Of a stretch of DNA of 64,000 bases, positions 1 through 11,800 are shown one piece after another. Below the pieces are notes generated by a model. The model saw nothing but the letters and a program-made list of their open reading frames with translations, had not been told where the DNA came from and did no database searches. The DNA lies in assembly GCA_964016885.1 (NCBI GenBank), contig OZ024744.1, positions 127,782,001-127,846,000 on the forward strand, written 5' to 3'. Source of the DNA: Eledone cirrhosa. Taxonomy: Eukaryota. How positions within the stretch are numbered: the first letter of the stretch is position 1; each line of letters starts with the position of its first letter. The translations under genes were made by a program, and so were the position numbers.

Positions 1-2630
1 AGTTAGGGTTAAGTTAAGTTGGGGTTAAGTTAAGTTGGGGTTAAATTAAGTTGGGGTTAAGTTAAGTTGGGGTTAAGTTAAGTTGGGGTTAAATTAAGTT
101 GGGGTTCAGTTAAGTTGGGGTTAAATTAAGTTGGGGTTAAGTTAAGTTGGGGTTGAGTTAAATTGGGGTTAAGTTAAGGTGGGGGTAAGTTAAGTTGGGG
201 TTGAGTTAATTTGGGGTTAAGTTAAGTTGGGGTTAATTTGGGGTTGAGTTAATTTGTGTTTAAGTTAAGTTGGGCTTAACTTAAGTTGGGGTTAAGTTAA
301 GTTGGGGTTAAGTTAAGTTGGAGTTAAGGTAAGTTGGGGTTAAGTTAAGTTGGAGCTTAGTTAAGTTGGGGCTAAGTTAAGTTGGGGCTGAGTTAAGTTG
401 GGGTTAAGTTGGGGTTGAGTTAAGTTGGGGTTAAGTTAAGTTGGGATTAAGTTAAGTTGGGGTTAAGTTAAGTTGGGGTTAAGATAAGTTGGGGTTAAGT
501 TAAGTTGGGGTTAAGTTAAGTTGGGGCTGAGTTAAGTTGGGGTTAAGTTAAGTTGGGGTTGAGTTAAGTTGGGGTTAAGTTAAGTTGGGATTAAGTTAAG
601 TTGGGGTTAAGTTAAGTTCGGCTTGAGCTAAGTTGGGGTTAAGTTAAGTTGGGGTTAATTTAAGTTGGGGTTAAGTTAAGTTGGGGTTAAGATAAGTTGG
701 GGTTAAGTTAAGTTGGGGTTAAGTTAAGATGGGGTTGAGTTAATTTGGGGTTAAGTTAAGTTGGGGTTAACTTAAGTTGGGGTTAAGTTGGGGTTAAGTT
801 AAGTTGGGGTTAAGTTAAGTTGGGGGTAGGTTGAGTTGGGGGCAAGTTAAGTTGGGGTTAAGTTAAGTTGGGGTTAAGTTAAGTTGGGTTTAAATTAAGT
901 TGGGGCTAAGTTAAGTTGGGGCTAAGTTAAGTTGGGGCTGAGTTAAGTTGGGGTTAAGTTAAGTTGGGGTTGATTTAAGTTGGGGTTATGTTAAGTTAGG
1001 GTTGAGTTAAGTTGGGGTTGAGTTAAGTTGGGGTTGAGTTAAGTTGGGGTTAAGTTAAGTTGGCGTTAAGTTAAGTTGGGGTTAAGTTAAGTTGGGGTTA
1101 AGTTAATTTGCGGTTAAGTTAGGTTGTGGGTTAAGTTAAGTTGGGGTTAAGTTAAGCTGGGGTCAAGTTGGGGTAAGTTAAGTTGGGGGTAAGTTAAGTT
1201 GGGGTTAAGTTAAGTTGGGGTTAAGTTAAGTTGGGGTTAAGTTAAGTTGGGGGTAAGTTAAGTTGGGGTTAAGTTAATTTGCGGTTAAGTTAGGTTGTGG
1301 GTTAAGTTAAGTTGGGGTTAAGTTAAGCTGGGGTTAAGTTGGGGTAAGTTAAGTTGGGGTTAAGTTAAGTTGGGGTTAAGTTAAGTTGGGGTTAAGTTAA
1401 GTTGGGGGTAAGTTAAGTTGGGGGCAAGTTAAGTTGGGGTTAAGTTAAGTTGGGGTTAAGTTAAGTTGGGGTTAAGTTAAGTTGGGGTTAAGTTAAGTTG
1501 GGGTTAAGTTAAAGTTGGGGTTCAGTTAAGTTGGGGTTCAGTTAAGTTGGGGTTAAATTAAGTTGGGGTTAAGTTAAGTTGGGGTTAGTTAAGTTGGGGT
1601 TAAGTTAAGCTGGGGTTAAGTTGGGGTAAGTTAAGTTGGGGGTAAGTTAAGTTGGGGTTAAGTTAAGTTGGGGTTAACTTAAGTTGGGGTTGAGTTAAGT
1701 TGGGGTTAAGTTAAGTTAGGGTTAATTTCAGTTGGGGTTATGTTAAGTTGGGGTTAAGTTAAGTTGGGGTTAAGTTAAAGTTGGGGTTAAGTTAAGTTGG
1801 GGTAAAGTTAAGTTAGGGTTAAGTTAAGTTGGGGTTAAGTTAAGTTGGGGTTAAATTAAGTTGGGGTTAAGTTAAGTTGGGGTTAAGTTAAGTTGGGGTT
1901 AAATTAAGTTGGGGTTCAGTTAAGTTGGGGTTAAATTAAGTTGGGGTTAAGTTAAGTTGGGGTTAGTTAAGTTGGGGTTAAGTTAAGTTGGGGTTAAGTT
2001 AAGTTGGGGTTAAGTTAAGCTGGGGGTAAGTTAAGTTGGGTGTAAGTTAAGTTGGGGTTAAGTTAAGTTGGGGTTAAGTTCAGTTGGGGTTAAATTAAGT
2101 TGGGGTTAAGTTAAGTTGGGGTTATGTTAAGTTGGGGTTAAGTTAAGTTGCGGTTAAGTTAAGTTGGGGTTAAGTTAAGTTGGGGTTAAGTTAAGTTGGG
2201 GTTAAGTTAAGTTGGAGTTAAGTTAAGTTGGGGTTAACTTAAGTTGGGGTTAAGTTGGGGTTAAGTTAAGTTGGGGTTAAGTTAAGTTGGGGTTAAGTTA
2301 AGTTGGGGGTTAGTTAAGTTGGGGGCAAGTTAAGTTGGGGTTAATTTAAGTTGGGGTTAAGTTAAGTTGGGGTTATGTTAAGTTGGGGTTAAGTTAAGTT
2401 GGGGTTAAGTTAAGTTGGGGGTAAGTTAAGTTGGGGTTAAGTTAAGTTGGGGGTAAGTTAAGTTGGGGGTAAGTTAAGTTGAGGCTAAGTTAAAGTGGGG
2501 TTAAGTTGAGTTGGGGTTAAATTGAGTTGGGGGTAAGTTAAGTTGGGGGTAAGTTAAGTTGGGGTTAAGTTAAGTTGGGGTTAAATTAAGTTGAGGTTAA
2601 GTTAAGTTGGGGTTAAGTTAAGTTGGGGTT
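1..2630 (+). repeat. Higher-order block duplicated at about 5766-8600 (offset 5765 over the first ~1.55 kb)
   Basis: Markers at a constant offset of 5765: aatttgtgtt 251/6016, gagCttag 356/6121, ttCggcttgagct 619/6384, aaagtt 1511/7276. The marker order continues beyond that with indels (gttgcgg ~2149/~7948, gaggctaagttaaagtgg ~2481/~8157). Confidence 0.85.
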
Positions 2631-5600
2631 AAGTTAAGTTGGGGTTAAGGTAAGTTGGGGTTATGTTAAGTTGGGGCTAAGTTAAGTTGGGGCTAAGTTA
2701 AGTTGGGGCTGAGTTAAGTTGGGGTTAAGTTAAGTTGGGGTTGAGTTAAGTTGGGGTTAAGTTAAGTTGGGGGTAAGTTAAGTTGAGGGTAAGTTAAGTT
2801 GGGGTTAAGTTAAGTTGGGGTTAAATTAAGATGGGGGTAAGTTAAGTTGGGGGTAATTTAAGTTGGGGTTAAGTTAAGTTGGGGTTAAATTAAGTTGAGG
2901 TTAAGTTAAGTTGGGGTTAAGTTAAATTGGCGTTAATTTAAGTTGGGGGTAAGATAAGTTGGGGCTAAGTTAAGTTGGGGCTAAGTCAAGTTGGGGTTAA
3001 GTCAAGTTGAGGTTAACTTAAGTTGGGGTTATGTTAAGTTGGGGTTAAGTTGGGGCTAAGTTAAGTTGGGGCTGAGTTAAGTTGGAGTTAAGTTAAGTTG
3101 GGGTTGAGTTAAGTTGGGGTTAAGTTAAGTTGGGATTAAGTTAAGTTGGGGTTAAGTTAAGTTCGGCTTGAGTTAAGTTGGGGTTAAGTTAAGTTGGGGT
3201 TAATTTAAGTTGGGGTTAAGTTAAGTTGGGGTTAAGATAAGTTGGGGTTAAGTTAAGTTGGGGTTAAGTTACGTTGGGGTTGAGTTAATTTGGGGTTAAG
3301 TTAAGTTGGGGTTAACTTAAGTTGGGGTTAAGTTGGGGGCAAGTTAAGTTGGGGTTAAGTTAAGTTGGGGTTAAGTTGGGTTTAAGTTAAGTTGGGGCTA
3401 AGTTAAGTTGGGGCTAAGTTAAGTTGGGGCTGAGTTAAGTTGGGGTTAAGTTAAGTTGGGGTTGAGTTAAGTTGGGGTTATGTTAAGTTAGGGTTGAGTT
3501 AAGTTGGGGTTGAGTTAAGTTGGGGTTGAGTTAATTTGGGGTTAAGTTAAGTTGGCGTTAAGTTAAGTTGGGGTTAAGTTAAGTTGGGGTTAAGTTAAGT
3601 TGGGGGTAAGTTAAGTTGGGGGCAAGTTAAGTTGGGGTTAAGTTAAGTTGGGGTTAAGTTAAGTTAGGGTTAATTTCAGTTGGGGTTATGTTAAGTTGGG
3701 GTTAAGTTAAGTTGGGGTTAATTTAAGTTGGGGGTAAGTTAAGTGGGGTGTAAGTTAAGTTGGGGTTAAGTTAAGTTGGGGTTCAGTTCAGTTGGGGTTA
3801 AGTTAAGTTGGGGTTAAGTTAAGCTGGGGGTAAGTTAAGTTGGGTGTAAGTTAAGTTGGGGTTAAGTTAAGTTGGGGGTTAAGTTAAGTTGGGGGTTAGT
3901 TAAGTTGGGGGCAAGTTAAGTTGGGGTTATTTTAAGTTGGGGTTAAGTTAAGTTGGGGTTATGTTAAGTTGGGGTTAAGTTAAGTTGGGGTTAAGTTAAG
4001 TTGGGGGTAAGTTAAGTTGGGGTTAAGTTAAGTTGGGGGTAAGTTAAGTTGAGGGTAAGTTAAGTTGGGGTTAAGTTAAGTTGGGGTTAAATTAAGATGG
4101 GGGTAAGTTAAGTTGGGGGTAAGTTAAGTTGGGGTTAAGTTAAGTTGGGGTTAAATTAAGTTGAGGTTAAGTTAAGTTGGGGTTAAGTTAAATTGGGGTT
4201 ATTTTAAGTTGGGGGTAAGATAAGTTGGGGCTAAGTTAAGTTGGGGCTAAGTCAAGTTGGGGTTAAGTCAAGTTGAGGTTAACTTAAGTTGGGGTTATGT
4301 TAAGTTGGGGTTAAGTTGGGGCTAGGTTAAGTTGGGGCTGAGTTAAGTTGGGGTTAAGTTAAGTTGGGGTTGAGTTAAGTTGGGGTTAAGTTAAGTTGGG
4401 GTTAAGTTAAGTTGGGGTTAACTTAAGTTGGGGTTAAGTTGGGGTTAAGTTAAGTTGGGGTTAAGTTAAGTTGGGGGTAGATTAAGTTGGGGGCAAGTTA
4501 AGTTGGGGTTAAGTTAAGTTGGGGTTAAGTTAAGTTGGGTTTAAGTTAAGTTGGGGCTAAGTTAAGTTGGGGCTAAGTTAAGTTGGGGCTGAGTTAAGTT
4601 GGGGTTAAGTTAAGTTGGGGTTGAGTTAAGTTGGGGTTATGTTAAGTTAGGGTTGAGTTAAGTTGGGGTTGAGTTAAGTTGGGGTTGAGTTAAGTTGGGG
4701 TTAAGTTAAGTTGGCGTTAAGTTAAGTTGGGGTTAAGTTAAGTTGGGGTTAAGTTAATTTGCGGTTAAGTTAGGTTGTGGGTTAAGTTAAGTTGGGGTTA
4801 AGTTAAGCTGGGGTTAAATGGGGTAAGTTAAGTTGGGGGTAAGTTAAGTTGGGGTTAAGTTAAGTTGGGGTTAAGTTAAGTTGGGGTTAATTTAAGTTGG
4901 GGTTAAGTTAAGTTGGGGTTAAGATAACTTGGGGTTAAGTTAAGTTGGGGTTAAGTTAAGTTGGGGTTGAGTTAATTTGGGGTTAAGTTAAGTTGGGGTT
5001 AACTTAAGTTGGGGTTAAGTTGGGGTTAAGTTAAGTTGAGGTTAAGTTAAGTTGGGGGTAGGTTGAATTGGGGGCAAGTTAAGTTGGGGTTAAGTTAAGT
5101 TGGGGTTAAGTTAAGTTGGGGGTAAGTTAAGTTGGGGTTAAGTTAAGTTGGGGCTAAGTTAAGTTGGGGCTGAGTTAAGTTGGGGTTAAGTCAAGTTGGG
5201 GTTGAGTTAAGTTGGGGTTATGTTAAGTTAGGGTTGAGTTAAGTTGGGGTTGAGTTAAGTTGGGGTTGAGTTACGTTGGCGTTAAGTTAAGTTGTGGTTA
5301 AGTTAAGTTGGGGTTAAGTTAATTTGCGGTTAAGTTAGGTTGTGGGTTAAGTTAAGTTGGGGTTAAGTTAAGCTGGGGTTAAGCTGGGGTAAGTTAAGTT
5401 GGGGGTAAGTTAAGTTGGAGTTAAGTTAAGTTGGGGTTAAGTTAAGTTGGGGTTAAGTTAAGTTGGGGTTAAGTTAAGTTGGGGTTGAGTTAAGTTGGGG
5501 TTGAGTTAAGTTGGGGTTAAGTTAAGTTGGGGTTAAGTTAAGTTGGGATTAAGTTAAGTTGGGGTTAAGTTAAGTTGGGGGTAAGTTAAGTTGGGGACAA

Positions 5601-5869
5601 GTTAAGTTGGGGTTAAGTTAAGTTGGGGTTAAGTTAAGTTGGGGTTAAGTTAAGTTAGGGTTAAGGTAAGTTAGGGTTAATTTCAGTTGGGGTTATGTTA
5701 AGTTGGGGTTAAGTTAAGTTGGGGTTAAGTTAAAGTTGGGGTTAAGTTAAGTTGGGGTAAAGTTAAGTTAGGGTTAAGTTAAGTTGGGGTTAAGTTAAGT
5801 TGGGGTTAAATTAAGTTGGGGTTAAGTTAAGTTGGGGTTAAGTTAAGTTGGGGTTAAATTAAGTTGGGG

Positions 5870-8800
5870 TTCAGTTAAGTTGGGGTTAAATTAAGTTGGG
5901 GTTAAGTTAAGTTGGGGTTGAGTTAAATTGGGGTTAAGTTAAGGTGGGGGTAAGTTAAGTTGGGGTTGAGTTAATTTGGGGTTAAGTTAAGTTGGGGTTA
6001 ATTTGGGGTTGAGTTAATTTGTGTTTAAGTTAAGTTGGGCTTAACTTAAGTTGGGGTTAAGTTAAGTTGGGGTTAAGTTAAGTTGGAGTTAAGGTAAGTT
6101 GGGGTTAAGTTAAGTTGGAGCTTAGTTAAGTTGGGGCTAAGTTAAGTTGGGGCTGAGTTAAGTTGGGGTTAAGTTGGGGTTGAGTTAAGTTGGGGTTAAG
6201 TTAAGTTGGGATTAAGTTAAGTTGGGGTTAAGTTAAGTTGGGGTTAAGATAAGTTGGGGTTAAGTTAAGTTGGGGTTAAGTTAAGTTGGGGCTGAGTTAA
6301 GTTGGGGTTAAGTTAAGTTGGGGTTGAGTTAAGTTGGGGTTAAGTTAAGTTGGGATTAAGTTAAGTTGGGGTTAAGTTAAGTTCGGCTTGAGCTAAGTTG
6401 GGGTTAAGTTAAGTTGGGGTTAATTTAAGTTGGGGTTAAGTTAAGTTGGGGTTAAGATAAGTTGGGGTTAAGTTAAGTTGGGGTTAAGTTAAGATGGGGT
6501 TGAGATAATTTGGGGTTAAGTTAAGTTGGGGTTAACTTAAGTTGGGGTTAAGTTGGGGTTAAGTTAAGTTGGGGTTAAGTTAAGTTGGGGGTAGGTTGAG
6601 TTGGGGGCAAGTTAAGTTGGGGTTAAGTTAAGTTGGGGTTAAGTTAAGTTGGGTTTAAATTAAGTTGGGGCTAAGTTAAGTTGGGGCTAAGTTAAGTTGG
6701 GGCTGAGTTAAGTTGGGGTTAAGTTAAGTTGGGGTTGATTTAAGTTGGGGTTATGTTAAGTTAGGGTTGAGTTAAGTTGGGGTTGAGTTAAGTTGGGGTT
6801 GAGTTAAGTTGGGGTTAAGTTAAGTTGGCGTTAAGTTAAGTTGGGGTTAAGTTAAGTTGGGGTTAAGTTAATTTGCGGTTAAGTTAGGTTGTGGGTTAAG
6901 TTAAGTTGGGGTTAAGTTAAGCTGGGGTCAAGTTGGGGTAAGTTAAGTTGGGGGTAAGTTAAGTTGGGGTTAAGTTAAGTTGGGGTTAAGTTAAGTTGGG
7001 GTTAAGTTAAGTTGGGGGTAAGTTAAGTTGGGGTTAAGTTAATTTGCGGTTAAGTTAGGTTGTGGGTTAAGTTAAGTTGGGGGTAAGTTAAGCTGGGGTT
7101 AAGTTGGGGTAAGTTAAGTTGGGGTTAAGTTAAGTTGGGGTTAAGTTAAGTTGGGGTTAAGTTAAGTTGGGGGTAAGTTAAGTTGGGGGCAAGTTAAGTT
7201 GGGGTTAAGTTAAGTTGGGGTTAAGTTAAGTTGGGGTTAAGTTAAGTTGGGGTTAAGTTAAGTTGGGGTTAAGTTAAAGTTGGGGTTCAGTTAAGTTGGG
7301 GTTCAGTTAAGTTGGGGTTAAATTAAGTTGGGGTTAAGTTGGGGTAAGTTAAGTTGGGGGTAAGTTAAGTTGGGGTTAAGTTAAGTTGGGGTTAACTTAA
7401 GTTGGGGTTGAGTTAAGTTGGGGTTAAGTTAAGTTAGGGTTAATTTCAGTTGGGGTTATGTTAAGTTGGGGTTAAGTTAAGTTGGGGTTAAGTTAAAGTT
7501 GGGGTTAAGTTCAGTTGGGGTTAATTTCAGTTGGGGTTATGTTAAGTTGGGGTTAAGTTAAGTTGGGGTTAAGTTAAAGTTGGGGTTAAGTTAAGTTGGG
7601 GTAAAGTTAAGTTAGGGTTAAGTTAAGTTGGGGTTAAGTTAAGTTGGGGTTAAATTAAGTTGGGGTTAAGTTAAGTTGGGGTTAAGTTAAGTTGGGGTTA
7701 AATTAAGTTGGGGTTCAGTTAAGTTGGGGTTAAATTAAGTTGGGGTTAAGTTAAGTTGGGGTTAGTTAAGTTGGGGTTAAGTTAAGTTGGGGTTAAGTTA
7801 AGTTGGGGTTAAGTTAAGCTGGGGGTAAGTTAAGTTGGGTGTAAGTTAAGTTGGGGTTAAGTTAAGTTGGGGTTAAGTTAAGTTGGGGTTAAATTAAGTT
7901 GGGGTTAAGTTAAGTTGGGGTTATGTTAAGTTGGGGTTAAGTTAAGTTGCGGTTAAGTTAAGTTGGGGTTAAGTTAAGTTGGGGTTAAGTTAAGTTGGGG
8001 TTAAGTTAAGTTGGAGTTAAGTTAAGTTGGGGTTAAGTTAAGTTGGGGTTATGTTAAGTTGGGGTTAAGTTAAGTTGGGGTTAAGTTAAGTTGGGGGTAA
8101 GTTAAGTTGGGGTTAAGTTAAGTTGGGGGTAAGTTAAGTTGGGGGTAAGTTAAGTTGAGGCTAAGTTAAAGTGGGGTTAAGTTGAGTTGGGGTTAAATTG
8201 AGTTGGGGGTAAGTTAAGTTGGGGGTAAGTTAAGTTGGGGTTAAGTTAAGTTGGGGTTAAATTAAGTTGAGGTTAAGTTAAGTTGGGGGTTAGTTAAGTT
8301 GGGGGCAAGTTAAGTTGGGGTTAATTTAAGTTGGGGTTAAGTTAAGTTGGGGTTATGTTAAGTTGGGGTTAAGTTAAGTTGGGGTTAAGTTAAGTTGGGG
8401 GTAAGTTAAGTTGGGGTTAAGTTAAGTTGGGGGTAAGTTAAGTTGGGGGTAAGTTAAGTTGAGGCTAAGTTAAAGTGGGGTTAAGTTGAGTTGGGGTTAA
8501 ATTGAGTTGGGGGTAAGTTAAGTTGGGGGTAAGTTAAGTTGGGGTTAAGTTAAGTTGGGGTTAAATTAAGTTGAGGTTAAGTTAAGTTGGGGTTAAGTTA
8601 AGTTGGGGTTAAGTTAAGTTGGGGGTAAGATAAGTTGGGGCTAATTTAAGTTGGGGCTAAGTCAAGTTGGGGTTAAGTCAAGTTGAGGTTAACTTAAGTT
8701 GGGGTTAAGTTAAGTTGGGGTTAAGTTAAGTTGGGGTTAAGGTAAGTTGGGGTTATGTTAAGTTGGGGCTAAGTTAAGTTGGGGCTAAGTTAAGTTGGGG

Positions 8801-11800
8801 CTGAGTTAAGTTGGGGTTAAGTTAAGTTGGGGTTGAGTTAAGTTGGGGTTAAGTTAAGTTGGGATTAAGTTAAGTTGGGGATAAGTTAAGTTCGGCTTGA
8901 GTTAAGTTGGGGTTAAGTTAAGTTGGGGTTAATTTAAGTTGGGGTTAAGTTAAGTTGGGGTTAAGATAAGTTGGGGTTAAGTTAAGTTTGGGTTAAGTTA
9001 AGTTGGGGTTGAGTTAATTTGGGGTTAAGTTAAGTTGGGGTTAACTTAAGTTGGGGTTAAGTTGGGGTTAAGTTAAGTTGGGGTTAAGTTAAGTTGGGGG
9101 TAGGTTAAGTTGGGGGCAAGTTAAGTTGGGGTTAAGTTAAGTTGGGGTTAAGTTAAGTTGGGGGTAAGTTAAGTTGGGGTTAAGTTAAGTTGGGGTTAAG
9201 TTAAGTTGGGTTTAAGTTAAGTTGGGGCTAAGTTAAGTTGGGGCTAAGTTAAGTTGGGGCTGAGTTAAGTTGGGGTTAAGTTAAGTTGGGGTTGAGTTAA
9301 GTTGGGGTTATGTTAAGTTAGGGTTGAGTTAAGTTGGGGTTGAGTTAAGTTGGGGTTGTGTTAAGTAGGGGTTAAGGTAAGTTGGCGTTAAATTAAGTTG
9401 GGGTTCAGTTAAGTTGGGGTTAAATTAAGTTGGGGTTAAGTTAAGTTGGGGTTGAGTTAAATTTGGGTTAAGTTAAGGTGGGGGTAAGTTAAGTTGGGGT
9501 TGAGTTAATTTGGGGTTAAGTTAAGTTGGGGTTAACTTAAGTTGGGGTTAATTTGGGGTTGAGTTAATTTGTGTTTAAGTTAAGTTGGGCTTAAGTTAAG
9601 TTGGGGTTAAGTTAAGTTGGGGTTAAGTTAAGTTGGAGTTAAGGTAAGTTGGGGTTAAGTTAAGTTGGAGCTAAGTTAAGTTGGGGCTAAGTTAAGTTGG
9701 GGCTGAGTTAAGTTGGGGTTAAGTTGGGGTTGAGTTAAGTTGGGGTTAAGTTAAGTTGGGATTAAGTTAAGTTGGGGTTAAGTTAAGTTGGGGTTAAGAT
9801 AAGTTGGGGTTAAGTTAAGTTGGGGTTAAGTTAAGTTGGGGTTAAGTTGCGGCTAAGTTAAGTTGGGGCTGAGTTAAGTTGGGGTTAAGTTAAGTTGGGG
9901 TTGAGTTAAGTTGGGGTTAAGTTAAGTTGGGATTAAGTTAAGTTGGGGTTAAGTTAAGTTCGGCTTGAGCTAAGTTGGGGTTAAGTTAAGTTGGGGTTAA
10001 TTTAAGTTGGGGTTAAGTTAAGTTGGGGTTAAGATAAGTTGGGGTTAAGTTAAATTGGGGTTAAGTTAAGATGGGGTTGAGTTAATTTGGGGTTAAGTTA
10101 AGTTGGGGTTAACTTAAGTTGGGGTTAAGTTGGGGTTAAGTTAAGTTGGGGTTAAGTTAAGTTGGGGGTAGGTTGAGTTGGGGGCAAGTTAAGTTGGGGT
10201 TAAGTTAATTTGGGGTTAAGTTAAGTTGGGTTTAAGTTAAGTTGGGGCTAAGTTAAGTTGGGGCTAAGTTAAGTTGGGGCTGAGTTAAGTTGGGGTTAAG
10301 TTAAGTTGGGGTTGAGTTAAGTTGGGGTTATGTTAAGTTAGGGTTGAGTTAAGTTGGGGTTGAGTTAAGTTGGGGTTGAGTTAAGTTGGGGTTAATTTAA
10401 GTTGGCGTTAAGTTAAGTTGGGGTTAAGTTAAGTTGGGGTTAAGTTAATTTGCGGTTAAGTTAGGTTGTGGGTTAAGTTAAGTTGGGGTTAAGTTAAGCT
10501 GGGGTCAAGTTGGGGTAAGTTAAGTTGGGGGTAAGTTAAGTTGGGGTTAAGTTAAGTTGGGGTTAAGTTAAGTTGGGGTTAAGTTAAGTTGGGGGTAAGT
10601 TAAGTTGGGGTTAAGTTAATTTGCGGTTAAGTTAGGTTGTGGGTTAAGTTAAGTTGGGGTTAAGTTAAGCTGGGGTTAAGTTGGGGTAAGTTAAGTTGGG
10701 GTTAAGTTAAGTTGGGGTTAAGTTAAGTTGGGGTTAAGTTAAGTTGGGGGTAAGTTAAGTTGGGGGCAAGTTAAGTTGGGGTTAAGTTAAGTTGGGGTTA
10801 AGTTAAGTTGGGGTTAAGTTAAGTTGGGGTTAAGTTAAGTTGGGGTTAAGTTAAGTTAGGGTTAATTTCAGTTGGGGTTATGTTAAGTTGGGGTTAAGTT
10901 AAGTTGGGGTTAAGTTAAAGTTGGGGTTAAGTTAAGTTGGGGTTCAGTTAAGTTGGGGTTAAATTAAGTTGGGGTTAAGTTAAGTTGGGGTTAGTTAAGT
11001 TGGGGTTAAGTTAAGCTGGGGTTAAGTTGGGGTAAGTTAAGTTGGGGTTAAGTTAAGTTGGGGTTAAGTTAAGCTGGGGGTAAGTTAAGTTGGGTGTAAG
11101 TTAAGTTGGGGTTAAGTTAAGTTGGGGTTAAGTTAAGTTGGGGTTAAATTAAGTTGGGGTTAAGTTAAGTTGGGGTTATGTTAAGTTGGGGTTAAGTTAA
11201 GTTGCGGTTAAGTTAAGTTGGGGTTAAGTTAAGTTGGGGTTAAGTTAAGTTGGGGTTAAGTTAAGTTGGAGTTAAGTTAAGTTGGGGTTAACTTAAGTTG
11301 GGGTTAAGTTGGGGTTAAGTTAAGTTGGGGTTAAGTTAAGTTGGGGGTTAGTTAAGTTGGGGGCAAGTTAAGTTGGGGTTAATTTAAGTTGGGGTTAAGT
11401 TAAGTTGGGGTTATGTTAAGTTGGGGTTAAGTTAAGTTGGGGTTAAGTTAAGTTGGGGGTAAGTTAAGTTGGGGTTAAGTTAAGTTGGGGGTAAGTTAAG
11501 TTGGGGGTAAGTTAAGTTGAGGCTAAGTTAAAGTGGGGTTAAGTTGAGTTGGGGTTAAATTGAGTTGGGGGTAAGTTAAGTTGGGGGTAAGTTAAGTTGG
11601 GGTTAAGTTAAGTTGGGGTTAAATTAAGTTGAGGTTAAGTTAAGTTGGGGTTAAGTTAAGTTGGGGTTAAGTTAAGTTGGGGGTAAGATAAGTTGGGGCT
11701 AAGTTAAGTTGGGGCTAAGTTAAGTTGGGGCTGAGTTAAGTTGGGGTTAAGTTAAGTTGGGGTTGAGTTAAGTTGGGGTTAAGTTAAGTTGGGATTAAGT

